From positions 18,104,001 through 18,168,000 of the forward strand of contig NC_043005.1 in the NCBI RefSeq assembly GCF_006345805.1: a DNA stretch of 64,000 nucleotides, given 5' to 3'. The notes beneath the pieces are model-generated. The model was not told where the DNA came from, did no database searches, and worked only from the letters and a program-made list of their open reading frames with translations. The position numbers and the translations under genes were made by a program. This DNA is from Octopus sinensis (taxonomy: Eukaryota). Positions within the stretch are counted from its first letter, which is position 1. Every line of letters starts with the position of its first letter. Of this stretch, positions 38,353-51,860 are shown piece by piece.

Positions 38353-38825
38353 TCCCCCCACACTCCCCCCACTCACCCCCCACTCCCACCCCATTCACTC
38401 CCCACACTCAGGCACATACACAACGAAGAGTCAGAGAAGTGGATGTCAGAAACGGCAAAAGAAAAAGCATCAAGAATTCCTGACACATTGCAACAAAGTG
38501 AGCTTGGAAAAGAAAGTAAAGTAAAGAGCTTACATCAATATCGTCGTCGTCGTCGTCGCCGCCGCCGCGGTCGTCACCGCCGCCGTCGCCATCCTCGTCC
38601 TCCCACCCTACTTCATCATCTTTATTGTCATCTACGTCACCGTTATTGTTGTGATCGTCATCGTCGTCGTCGTAGTCTATTGTTGTCATTGTCCTCCTCC
38701 ACCTCCTCCACCTCCTGTTCAATGTCATTATCGTCATCGTTATCGTTGTGGTGGTGGTGATGGTAGTCGTCATCATTTCCATATAAGGACGCTAGTTTGG
38801 AGAGAGAGAGTGAGATGATGGTGGC

Positions 38826-38874
<49 letters not shown>

Positions 38875-40771
38875 ATGATGATGATTATGATGGTTTATAT
38901 GTTGTCGGAGTGTATGGTGTGGGCTGAGGCGATGTTGTGACTTTGGCGAAGTACTTGCGGTTGTTGCGGTGGTGGTGGTGGTAGTGGTGGTGGTGGTAGT
39001 GGTGTTGGTGGTGGTGATATGGTGATTGTAATGCTACGGCGGCGGTGTGGTATGGTGATGGAAACTGCACGAAATGCGGTGGATTATCGATATCAACAGT
39101 GATGTTTAGTTACAGCTAAATACTACATTGTACTTCTGACATCAATTAAAACACAAGAGAATAATGATGGATCTTTTCTCTCTTTTCATTCTCTCCCTCA
39201 CCACCACCACCACCACCACCACTTTCTCTCATCCATACCCAAACCCAAACCCAAACCCAAACCTAAACACGAACACAAACCTACTCCTACACCCCCACCC
39301 ACCCACCCACCCACCAAACCAGCATCACTGATTTCCTCAGTCAATGACGTTTACTTCTTCTTGTTATTTTACATACAGATATTTCAGCAATATTGTTACG
39401 AATAATTGAGCTAAAACAATGATTTTCCACTGTATCAATATTTTCATAGCTTGGAGTGGCGAACTGGCAGCATCAGGAGCGCGTTGGACAAAAACATTTT
39501 GCAGCATTTCATCCATCTTGACGTTCTGAGTTCAAATTCCGCCGAGGTCGACATTGCCTTTCATCCTTTCAGGGTCGATAAATTAAGTAGCAGTTGCGTA
39601 TTGGGGGCGATCTAATCGACTAGCCCCTTTCCCCAAAATTTCTACACACACACATACGCATACATTCTCTCACACACACACGTACGTACACATACTCACA
39701 AACACACAAAATACACACACACACATACACACGTACGCACACATACTCACAAACACACAACACACACGTACGTACACATACTCACAAACACACAAAACAC
39801 ACACAACACACACGTATGCATGCATACTCACACACACGCACAACACACACATACGCACACATACTCACACAGCACACACATACACACGTATGCACACATA
39901 CTCACACACACACGTATGCACACATACTCACAAACACAAAACACACACAACACATACGTACGGACACGTACTAACAAACACACACAACACTCATTCATTC
40001 CAGCTCTGTTTTAGTCTTTACTTGACCCAGGACTGCAATTCTGTCAAAGAAACCAAAAGGGGAAAACGCGAGACGCAAGGAAGCAATTTTGAGGAGAGAT
40101 GATTATTCGATTACATTAAAACCAATCCTTAACTGGTACTATAATTTACCGAACTTGAAAGGATGAACGACACTTAGAGAGAATCAGAATATCTCAGGAA
40201 TTTGATCAATTCACCACCAAACAGGAAACCAGGCTCAAAGGCTGTCTCACTTTATGAGTTCTCTGTAGTTATTGGCACGTTTGTCGTTAGTTTTCTTTTC
40301 CATTAGTTTGTCATCTATGAGTTAAACAGTATCTGATCCCGTTTCCTTCTCAAGCAGCATATTGCTCTTTCATTAAAAGATTTCATATGATCCATCATCT
40401 ATAGCCGTCATTGAGTTTCTTTTATGTTCGCCTTTTTATTGACTCAGATTATTTGCCATCTTTCCCGGTGTACGTCTCCCCCTTTTCAATGACTAACTAT
40501 ATCTGGTTAGGTGCAAACTATCGCAAAGCACAGTAGTCAACAGCCACAAAGCGGAACTCAGTCTCTCCCGGTGCTCGGGGGTCAATTCCGTAACAAAGCG
40601 AACAGCGTTAATAAATCCCAGTCTCCAGTCAATTACATTTCCCCCGGGAGCGAAAGGACGAAGGATGGGATTGAACTCAGAAGTTAAAAACTCGGAGCAA
40701 GTACTAAAAACATTTTCATCCGACGTTACATCGATTCTACCAAACCATCTTCCTTAATGCTTTTCTTTTAA

Positions 40772-41163
40772 ACTGTGGTGGAAGCACTCCGTCGGTTACG
40801 ACGATGAGGGTTCCGGTTGATCCGATTCAACAGAACAGCCTGCTCGTGAAATTAGCGTGTAAGTGGCTGAACACTCCGCAGACACGTGCACCCTTAACGT
40901 AGTTCTCGGGATATTCAGCGTGACACAGAGAGTGACAAGGCCGGCCCCTTGAAATACAGGTACGACAGAAACAGGAAGTAAGAGTGAGAGAAAGTTGTGG
41001 TGAAAGAGTACAGCAGGGATCACCACCATCCCCTGCCGGAGCCTCGTGGAGCTTTTAGGTGTTTTCGCTCAATAAACACTCACAACGCCCGGTCTGGGAA
41101 TCGAAACCGCGATCCTATGACCGCGAGTCTGCTGCCCTAACCACTGGGCCATTGCGCCTCCAC
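40772..41163 (-). mobile_element. SINE with second-family head but different 3' body
   Basis: 5' ~190 nt match 23206; 3' part ...CACGAGCAGGCTGTTCTGTTGAATCGGATCAACCGGAACCC... is unrelated. Confidence 0.85.
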
Positions 41164-41441
41164 GATTTTCTTTTTAAACACAAGGTCTGGAGTTTGTGGG
41201 TGGAAAATTCGTGAATTAAATCAACGCCATTACATGACAGGTATTCTAGTTTTACTGACCCAAGAAAGACAAAGATGGGCTCGGTGGGTTTTGAACTAAA
41301 TAATTTGAGACACCAACTTCCATTCGATTATAGAGTCAACAAATGTAGGCTTTACAAGGATATCAATTTGATTTTCTGATTTGGCAAACAGCATTTAATC
41401 GCCTATAAATGGAAAGTGGTTAACCTCCGAGGCCTTCTTAC

Positions 41442-41476
41442 CACGTTTGTAACAATCCCAATTCCATTTAATGTCA
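41442..41476 (-). CDS. Candidate 35-nt micro-exon (xDIKWNWDCYKR)
   Basis: (TTTC)n tract then GTCATTATCAG| acceptor and GTG|GTAAGA donor; stop-free when joined to 54285-54261. Confidence 0.45.
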
Positions 41477-43491
41477 CTGATAATGACATAAAGGATGACA
41501 CAAAAAAAAGAAAAGGAAGAAAGAAAGAAAGAAAGAAAAGGAATCTCTCTGGAAAACGGTACACTTAATATGGATAGAACCTAGGTTTTTATTATCTGTA
41601 TATAGCTTTGCCTTCCAATGTGGAATGGTAATTGCCATGTAACTGACAACATTTTCAGCAATGCTTAACATTGATATAGTCACGAAGGAGGTACAACTTG
41701 CAAAATTATTAAAATCTACCCATCTCTTCCACAAGCACTAGCTTGTGTAAAATATGAGTAGATTTCTCAAACTTACGCAAGGTTACCATATCAATTACAA
41801 GGTAAAATTTTGTATTCGATAGCTCTTTTCGCTTTCTTCTTCGTTCCAAATCATTCACTTGGGTGCATTCAGAAGGATATGTTTGCTCAGTTAATATTCT
41901 CGTTAAAAGCGGTCGAAGCAAATTTAAATATTTTGATCGACGATAATTCGCTAATATTGTTACTTAATTCATATCTTTCTTCATAACGGTTGTTGTTTTA
42001 GTAATCCATACCTGGAAGTTATTGGCAGAGTACAAAGCAATTTATTCAAATGTAAGTGTAGTCACTTGTACATTTAAAGACTGGAGGCCGTGGGTTGATC
42101 AGAATCAAATTAATGTCTTTTTACCGAGTGTAGATGAGTAATGAATTGTTCTTTTCTAAATGAATATATTGGAGAAGGCAACAACTTGGTTGAATATGAG
42201 AACATGAACTTTTAAACGGAGATAATTGTGAGGAATAAACCAAATTAATATGAAAATATAATCCTATCCAATTAGTTTGAAGAAGAAGATAAGATATATG
42301 AAAAATCGAACGACCGAGAAAGGCACCTGAAATATGAAGCTGAATGTTTAATATTTGCCGGTCAAAACCAAGGTCTTGGTATAACTCAGTGACAGAGAAT
42401 ATATATAAGTACCGCCGAGGTCGACTTTACCTTTCATCCTTTCGAGGTCGATAAATTACGTACGAGTTGCGTACTGGGATCGATCTAATCGACTGTCCCC
42501 CCTCCCCCAAATTTTCGGGGTTTGTGCCTAGAGTAGAAAAGAATATATATAAATAAACGTAATCGGGAAAATGTAGGTTATATAGGGGTGAGTGTAAACA
42601 ATGATCCGTATTGTTAGCAGCTGCAAAATTCTTGCACAAAGAGATTATAAAATACGCCATAATGAAGTGTCTGCAACTGTCAAGTAGCTTGATTAAATAG
42701 TAAGGGCTTGAAGCAGATCAAACATGTGGTATATTCTGGAGAGAAATGTTTCCTTCTCAAGCCATGCCAGGGCTAATAAGGGCCGGTTTTCCGGCTTCAG
42801 TGGCGTATAAATGTCCCACCTGGATTGAACGTCGATCCATCGCAGGATTACTCATTTTTGCCAGCTGAATGGACTGGAGCAACGTGAAATGAAGTGTTTT
42901 GCTCAAGAACACAACATCGCCCGGTTCAGGAATCAAAACCACAATCTTACGACTATGAATCCAGCACCCTAACCACTAAGCCACGCGCCTCCACATATTC
43001 TGGAGAGACTGATACAAAATGAATATGCATAATTCTTGTACTATTTCAAATATCTCCAGAAATCGAATGCTTACTGTCGACTAGATATCGTTAACGTTGA
43101 GAAAAAGGAACGAAATTTGTTACATTATAAATGAACATATTCCAGTTGACCAAAATATACACAGGAGTACGAGAAAATTGATAATTATTAAAAGGTTTCA
43201 GTTGGAATTTTTCGTGAATGCAGACACAAAATATAATTATGCCAATAGTAATTGCTTTCTTCTTTTTGGTTTCATGCCAAACAATTCGCACTTTATGTCA
43301 ACGAGCTAAATGAAAAAAAAAAGAGAAAAACTCAAACAATGCATCTTTACAGTAGTAGACATTTCTTAGAACTACCTGTCTAAGGTCATGTTACTTGAGG
43401 GAGAGAAGTTAACAAGTGCACCTTTCAGATCTTAAATCGCATAATAACAATAATAATAATAATAATATAATAATAAAATATAATCATAATA

Positions 43492-43586
<95 letters not shown>

Positions 43587-43588
43587 TA

Positions 43589-43620
<32 letters not shown>

Positions 43621-45181
43621 GTCGTGTTAGATGTTGACACAGTCATAAGAGAGCTTGAGCAAGAACAGACATACAAATATTTAGGGATAAATGAAGGCTC
43701 TGGTATTCAGCATGCAAGCATGAAAGAGAAAATCAGGAAGGAATGTTATAGGAGAGTTCGTGCAGTCCTGAAATCTGAACTAAATGCACGTAACAAGGTG
43801 TTAGCTATAATTCCTTAGCAGTTCCAGTGTTACTTATAGCTACAATGTGTTGAACTGGAATATGAGTGAAGTAAAGAATATAGATAGAAAAATACGCAAG
43901 CTGCTGAGTTGTATAGGATGCACCACCCAAAGGCAGACGTAGATCGCCTTTACCTTCCCAGAACCAAGGAGGTCGAGGCCTGATCCAATTTGAACTAGCT
44001 TACAAAACAACCACAATTGGACTGGCCAAATATCTCGAAATATCGAATGACTGGATGCTAAAGCTCGTGGAAAATCACGAGAGACGAAAGAAGCTTCATT
44101 CTATCATCAAGGAAGCAAAAAATTTGCTATTGATCTCGTGCAGGATACCCAAACTGAACAACCCGAGGGAAGTACGGCAACTATTGTTGCAAAGAAGGTG
44201 AAAATGATGGCAATGAAAAAAGCGCACGAGCAATTGGCTGATAGGTGGGAGGAGAAACCTCTGCACGGCAAATATGTGACCCGTAGCAAACAAGCTGATG
44301 TTGACCAGAAGCAAATCCCATCAGTGACTGCGGAGCTCAGGGCTAAAAGCAGAGAGCGAAGGTTTCATCCTGGCTGCTCAAGACCAAAGCCTATTAACCC
44401 GGAACTACCAGGCCAATGTGATGAAAAATGGAGCAGACCCAAAATGCCGATTCTGCAACGACATGATTGAAACAGTGGACCACCTAATCTCTGGATGTAA
44501 AGTCTTAGCACCAGTGGAGTATAAATTAAGACATGACAGAGTTGGCCAATATCTCCACTGGCTAATAAGTCGGCATTACAATATCAAAACTGCCGACAAG
44601 TGGTATAATCACCACCCTGAGGCTGTAACTGAAGGAGAAAATGTAACCATTCTGTGGGACTTTCCAGTACATACAGACCGAACCATCAAGGCCAATAAAC
44701 CAGATATTGTTGTGAAAGACCAAAACAATAAAGTTTGCTTATTGATCGACATGAGCATCCCCTGTGATCATAATATCTCAGCGAAAGAGTTTGACAAGCT
44801 CAGAAAATATAAAGACCTACTCATTGAAATTGAGAAAATGTGGCATCTCAAGGCGGTTACAATACCAGTGATCGTAGGAGCACTAGGAATGATCAAGAAG
44901 GGAACCGAAAATTATATGAGAATGATCCTGGCTTACCATCCCTGCAAGAAGTGCAAAAGATTGTCTTAACTGGTACATCACACGTATTGAGAAGAGCATT
45001 GTCGATGTGAGAACTGTTGCTGCTCATGTATTTTAATTTAACTTAAAAAAAAAAAAAAAATGAACGAACTACTGAGTTTGGTTTAATGGCCTACCAATAT
45101 ACACTATGAGTTTCTTTGCCCTAGGAGTCGGGAAGACACTCGGCAAGAAATGGAAGAAAATTTGAAAGAAGAAAAAAAAAG
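43621..45181 (+). mobile_element. Longest R4/Dong-like LINE fragment (RT C-terminus, CCHC, RLE), second lineage
   Basis: YKYLGINE, HHPKADVDRLYLPR..GGRGL, WEEKPLHGKY, CRFC..ETVDHLISGC, LWDFPVHTDRTIKANKPDIVV..LIDMSIP; (AAT)n on both sides. Confidence 0.92.
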
Positions 45182-45209
45182 TAATAATAATAATAATAAT
45201 AATAATAAT

Positions 45210-45711
45210 TGCAGTTCCATACGGTGGCTCTCATGGCTTCTGATCTTAACTGATTGGAAGTGTTATCATGTACATTGTTTTGTCTTGGTATAAAAGATGG
45301 GCTACTGCAAATATTCTGCTCAATGCCACAGATTTGCTTGTCAGCTGTTTGAATATAACCAGTTGAGTGGCTGACGATATGTGCATCTCTGATCACGAGC
45401 AGAAGTAGGTTGAAAGGAATTCTTAGAGGTTTGGATAATTCACCTTTGGAAACATGGGTGTTTAGTTCAAAATCCTTAAACAACCCTTATTCAGGGAGCT
45501 TTTGAGCGGGATGGGCTACTCGACCAGAAGAAAATTCTAACTGGGCCACACCTGCAAGGTCATGTGCTGTTTATCATGATATGAGATCACCATGTCGCGC
45601 ACTCATGGTTGTGATGCATACCCTTATCTGATGGGTAGTCATGATGGGTATACTGGGTTTCGTATATTTTACCCCAGTGTCACTTTGATGGCATGCACTG
45701 CTCTCTCACTC
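45210..45711 (+). mobile_element. ~590-bp element, near full length
   Basis: Shared body and 3' end, TAA flanks. Confidence 0.85.
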
Positions 45712-45768
<57 letters not shown>

Positions 45769-45987
45769 CCTTTGTACTATAGGCATAATGCCTCAAAATT
45801 GTGGTGAAGGGACTAGTCAATTGCATCGATCCTAATGTTTCACTGGTACTTAATTTATCGAGTCCGAAAGGATGACAGGCAAAGTCAATCTCGGCGAAAT
45901 TTGAACTTAGAACGTAGCTACGGGTGAAATACGTTTCTGCCAGCTCGCCGCCTTAATAACAACAACAACAAAAACAACAACAACAAC

Positions 45988-46024
<37 letters not shown>

Positions 46025-46026
46025 TA

Positions 46027-46057
<31 letters not shown>

Positions 46058-46058
<1 letters not shown>

Positions 46059-46493
46059 GAGAAATTAAGGCCAACAGACCAGATATAGTTGTCAGAGACC
46101 ATGAAGAAAAAAAATGCTTTCTAATTGATGTATCAGTACCGGCAGATGACAACGTGTCTCAAAAAGAAATGGAGAAACTCTCAAAATACAAAGACCTGGA
46201 AATAGAGGTAACTAGAATGTGGAATCTGAAAACAGAAACAATTCCTATCATAGTAGGTACATTAGGCATGATAAAAAAATATTCAGACAAATACATAACA
46301 AAAACACCAGGACTTACAAACACATATAACATACAGAAAATTGCACTACTAGGCACTGCACACATCCTACGCAGAAAACTTTCCATACAATAACCATCAG
46401 AGCATCACAACAAATCACAGCACATACCCAAGGCACACAGAGCTGCGCTCGGTAGTGAAGTGAAAGCACGCTATAAAAATAAAAATAAAACTA

Positions 46494-46496
<3 letters not shown>
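46058..46496 (+). mobile_element. 5'-truncated copy of the same Dong-like lineage as 27824-30025
   Basis: EIKANRPDIVVRDHEEKKCFLIDVSVP...LLGTAHILRRKLSIQ; same 3' end CTACTG|AATAA; TAA flanks. Confidence 0.9.
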
Positions 46497-46529
<33 letters not shown>

Positions 46530-46547
46530 CATAATGATAATAATAAT

Positions 46548-47035
46548 AAAGCAGTAGTTTCTGCGTAATGTTTTAGCACCTGTAGTGTACAAATCAAGAG
46601 ACGACAGATTTGGCCAACTGGATAATGTGTCGGCATTATAAAATCAAAACTGTTGACAAATGGTACAAGCACCACCCTGAGGCTGTAACTGAGGGACTTC
46701 CCAGTATGTACAGAACGGACCATCAAAGCAAATAAACCAGATATTGCTGTGAATGTCTCTTACAGTGAAGTCTATTTATTGATTGACATGAGAATACCCT
46801 GTGACCATAAGATCTCGGCAAAAGAATTTGATAAGCTCAGAAAATATAAGGATTTACTAATCGAAATCAAAAAGATGTGGCATCTCAAGACGGTTACAAT
46901 ACCAGCGATTGCAGGAGTACTTGGAATGATGAAAAGAGGAAATTAAAATTATTTAAGACTGATCCCTGGTTTACCATTCATGTTGGAAGTGCAAAAGATT
47001 GTTTTAACTGGTACATCACACATATGGAGAATTTC
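46548..47035 (+). mobile_element. Degraded Dong-like fragment, lineage of 43621-45181
   Basis: IKANKPDI, LLIDMRIPCDHKISAKEFDKLRKYKDLLIEIKKMWHLK; preceded by TAA. Confidence 0.85.
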
Positions 47036-47167
47036 TAGCAAGGGGCAACCTAAGAACCTCACCAGATCCAGAGGTATATTGACCTAGCAGTACCTTCATT
47101 CCTGATAATAATATCTTGGCACAAAGCTAGAAATTTGGCTTCCGTGAGTTTTCGGCTAAGTTCACAT

Positions 47168-47935
<768 letters not shown>

Positions 47936-48234
47936 ATGGTGGAGGTCAACTCGTGACCACGTAAGACCACTTCTTAGAATGAATAGTCGAAGATGTTCTT
48001 GCAAGTTTCTTTTGAGTGTGTAAAGTGTCCCACGGCACTTGGTATGAATGAAGAGTGAAGGTAGGAGTAAAGGAAAGGGAGATAATACCGCGCTAGTGAT
48101 TCCATATGAAGGTACGCGTGCGTATGCATGTGTATGTGAGAATGGCGTGTGTGTGAGAATGTGATGTGTGTGAGTGTGTGCGTGTGTAATGTGCGGCTGC
48201 TCATATACTGGTATGTGTTTACTTGTTTCGATGA

Positions 48235-48436
48235 TTTGAATGCGGCCATGCCGGAGCACCGCCTTTTGTCGAACAAATCGAGATCGGGACTTATTCCTTG
48301 TAAGCCTAGTACTTATTCTAGCGGTCTCTTTTGCCGAACCGTTAAGTTACGGGAATGTAAACACATCAACGTCTGTTGTCAAGCGATGGTGGGGGGGACA
48401 AAGATATTTATGTACATACACATGCGGATACATACA

Positions 48437-48470
<34 letters not shown>

Positions 48471-48642
48471 CATACATACATACATACATGCATACATACA
48501 TGCATACATACATGCATACATACACACACACATATATATATATATATATGTAAAAGACACTTGACCAAGATACCACGCAGTAGGACTGAACCGGGAACCA
48601 TGTGGTTGAGAAGTGAGTTTCTTACCACACAGCCACGCCTAT
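48235..48642 (-). mobile_element. Same SINE, deleted left half
   Basis: Right half plus head. Confidence 0.8.
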
Positions 48643-48697
48643 ATATAGTCTATGCGATTTGTAGACACACACGCACAACTCACACAAACACACATGT

Positions 48698-48732
<35 letters not shown>

Positions 48733-49509
48733 CACGCATACGCACACAAAAACACAAGACTAAACATACATGTACAAGCAGGCAGAGAATTTGCGGTGAA
48801 TTTGTGTGTCCTCGGAAACGAATCGTAAAGCCGTGGGGGCTAAAAGGCGGCGTGGGGTTTACGAGATAAGGAATGAAATAAGTGCCACTGAAAAAAAGGG
48901 TCGATAACGTGTGACCATTGCGTCCTTGAAGGAGGTAAAGCTGGAGGGTGATATAGAGAATCGATAATGGAGAAAGGAAGACAATGAGAGATGTGGTTAA
49001 ATACTTACGCACACATACAGTATTACATACATCTCTCAGCAGATTACAATCTCTTTTTCTCTGTCCTCACACACACACACACACACACACACAGATCTAA
49101 ATGCATGCTTGCAGATGCTCTCCCCATACATAACCATACATACGCACCCATTTACATCTGTCGACAGATTAGCCACACCACACGCAAACAACACACATAG
49201 ATACTGAGATAGAGATGTATAACTTATATATATATGCAAATAAAATAAATGTGTCCCTTAACTCCTTAATAAATCTTTAGATCAGCAACGTAGCCGAGGG
49301 GAATCTTATCAATGTTTGGATAGTTTTGTTTGATCTTACATACTTGTAAGATCCCTCCTCTTCATTACAAACTAATACAGATGTTGTCTGTCACAGTTTC
49401 CTCTTTCCTTGTCTCCTTCCCTTTCTCATCTTCTCCTTTCACTGATGTTCCACTTCAAATAGAGAGTGAGTCTGGGTAGCAAAAGGAAAAGGAGAGAGAT
49501 AGATAGATA

Positions 49510-49572
<63 letters not shown>

Positions 49573-49866
49573 GCAAGAAACTGAGATAAAAGTACAACCT
49601 TAGAGAATAAAGAAAAGAGAGATGAAGGAGAAGGAACTTGTAAAACAAAGTGGGGATGATCTTCCATTTTCTCTCATCGTTTTCTATTCAGATGATGATC
49701 ATGGACATAACTATATAACAGTAATTATATTTCGATTTCATTTCTAATCACATTTTTTATATTTTTGAAATATTAAGACGAAAGCATATTCAATTTTCAG
49801 GAAATGAAGCCGTAATCTGTATTTAGCATGTCGGGGGAAATACTCAGCGACATACCTTTGGACATT

Positions 49867-50230
49867 TTACTTTTGAATTCAAATTCTGCCGAGGTCAGCT
49901 TAGTGGAATTTCGTTCGTCGTTACATTCCGACTTCAAATTCTGCCGAAGTCAACTTAATGATATTTCGTTCGTATTTACATTCTGAGTTCAAATTCTGCC
50001 AAAGTCAACTTAGTGACATTTCCTTCGTCGTTACATTCTGAGTTCAAATTCTGCCGAAGTCAACTTAGTGATATTTCGTTCGTATTTATATTCTGAGTTC
50101 AAATTCTGCCAAAGTCAACTTAGTGACATTTCCTTCGTCGTTACATTCTGAGTTCAAATTCTGCCGAAGTCAACTTAGTGATATTTCGTTCGTATTTATA
50201 TTCTGAGTTCAGATTCTGTCGAGGTCAACT
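49867..50230 (+). repeat. 55-bp minisatellite derived from a SINE head, alternating a/b units (110-bp higher-order repeat)
   Basis: Units start 49867, 49921, 49976, 50031, 50086, 50141, 50196; most carry GAGTTCAAATT (B-box-like). Confidence 0.9.
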
Positions 50231-50821
50231 TCGGCTTGCATCGCTTCGGGTTCAATAAAATAAAGTACCAATCAAGTACTGGAGTTAATGTAATCGACTG
50301 CACCCTTCTTAAAAGTACTGGCCTTGTGCTAAAATTTCAGACATTAATTGAAAAGGAGCAGTCGACTGGCGGAATCGTTACAAAGTCGGAAAAAATGCTT
50401 TGTGATATGTCTTCTATTTACATTCTGAAGTCAGCAAAAGTGAAATACCAGTCAAGTACTGAAATACAAGTCAGATTGTTGGTATCAGCTTACCTTTCCC
50501 TTTCAGATTTACTGGTCTTGTGCCAGATTACTTTATTTTTCTTGCATATAATAAATGTTTCCCCCGTAGTAGTTAGTATTATATCCATTCCTAGGAACTA
50601 AAAAATTTAAGCGATTCCAACTTTCTTCTTTTCAGTCCTTCCTTATTGGAAATATAATAAAACGATATTATTTTAGTTATTCTTCTTTCATTCACTGGAC
50701 TGCGACCATGTTGTGGCCCCGCTCTAAAGGATTTCGTCGAACAAATTGACCCCCAGTACATACTCTTTTCAAGTCTGGTACTCCTATTGCCCTTTGGCTG
50801 CCGAGCTACTAAATTACAAAT

Positions 50822-51078
50822 TACAGGCGTGGCTGTGTGGTAAAAAGCTTGCTTCCCAACCACATGGTTCCGGGTTCAGTCAGACTGCGTGGTACCTTGG
50901 GCCAGTGTCTTTTGCTATAGCCTCGGGTTAACCAAAGCCTTGTGAGTGGATTTGGTAGACCAAAGCCTTGTGAGTGGATTTGGTAGACGGGAACTGAAAG
51001 AAGCCCGTCGTGTATATATATATATATGTATGTATATAATTTTTATGTCAGCATGCTGGTACTGCTTGCTACTACCCT

Positions 51079-51123
<45 letters not shown>

Positions 51124-51340
51124 TGTGTCTTTGTATCTATGTTAGTTTCCCCACCATCGCTTGATAACCCATGTTGGTGTGTTTATGCCCCCAAAACTTA
51201 GCTGTTCGGCAAAAGAAACTGATAGAATAAGTACTAGGCTTACAAAGAATTAGACCTGGGGTCGATTTCTTCGACTAAAACCGGTGCTCCAACATGGCCG
51301 CAGTCAAATTACTGAAACGCGTAAAAGAATTAAAGAGTAA
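50822..51340 (+). mobile_element. Same SINE with 28-bp internal tandem duplication; flanked by further partial copies (50630-50790, 51340-51560)
   Basis: CAAAGCCTTGTGAGTGGATTTGGTAGAC twice at ~50933-50988. Confidence 0.85.
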
Positions 51341-51622
51341 ACCAACACGGGTTGTCAAGAAATCTTTGGAGAAATACGGGGACACACACGATCACACACA
51401 CGTATATGATGGGCTTCTACATAACTTCCGTCTATAAGTTTCACTCAGAAGGCATTGATCGATCAAAAGCTACAGTAAAAAGCACTTGCTCAACTCCTGC
51501 GCAGTATCACTTAACTCGAAACCATGTGGTCGGCAAGCGAACGTCGTACCTGTGCCTATAAGTACTCAGTCATACCTGTGCGTATAAGTACTTTTATATA
51601 AAAAATAACAAATAAGATACTA

Positions 51623-51860
51623 TTGGGTTGGTGCATAATTATTGTGGCTTTTTTCAACAAATTTTATTCAACAAAAACTATAACAATATTTAACAAAAAC
51701 GTCTTTAAATGATTATTCCGGAGCATAATCACCATCTACTTCAATAACTGCTACCTGTTTGCTTGGCAGATGGCCAGACCGTCATTTAAAGATGTTTTTG
51801 TTAAATATTACTATCGTTTTTGTTGAAAAAATAAAGCCGCAATAATTATGTGCCAACCAA
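51623..51860. mobile_element. Palindromic mariner-derived MITE
   Basis: TA-flanked TIRs TTGGGTTGGTGCATAATTATTG, inverted arms of roughly 80-90 bp; spacer encodes (-) LPSK..AVIEVDGDYAPE*, a mariner C-terminus. Confidence 0.85.

Noticed and set aside
37196-38760. 442-aa and 279-aa His/Thr ORFs
   Set aside because: Products of the CA-rich minisatellite
39241-39265. (AAACCC)n telomere-like repeat
   Set aside because: Four copies only and not the TTAGGG motif
41474-41963. GPCR-like fragments (YMAITIPHWKAK; ERRRKRKELSNTKFYLVI)
   Set aside because: Different frames, no DRY or TM continuity, weak acceptors; compatible with chance
49867-50230. CRISPR-like regular repeats
   Set aside because: No unique spacers; units are contiguous SINE-derived sequence in a eukaryotic context
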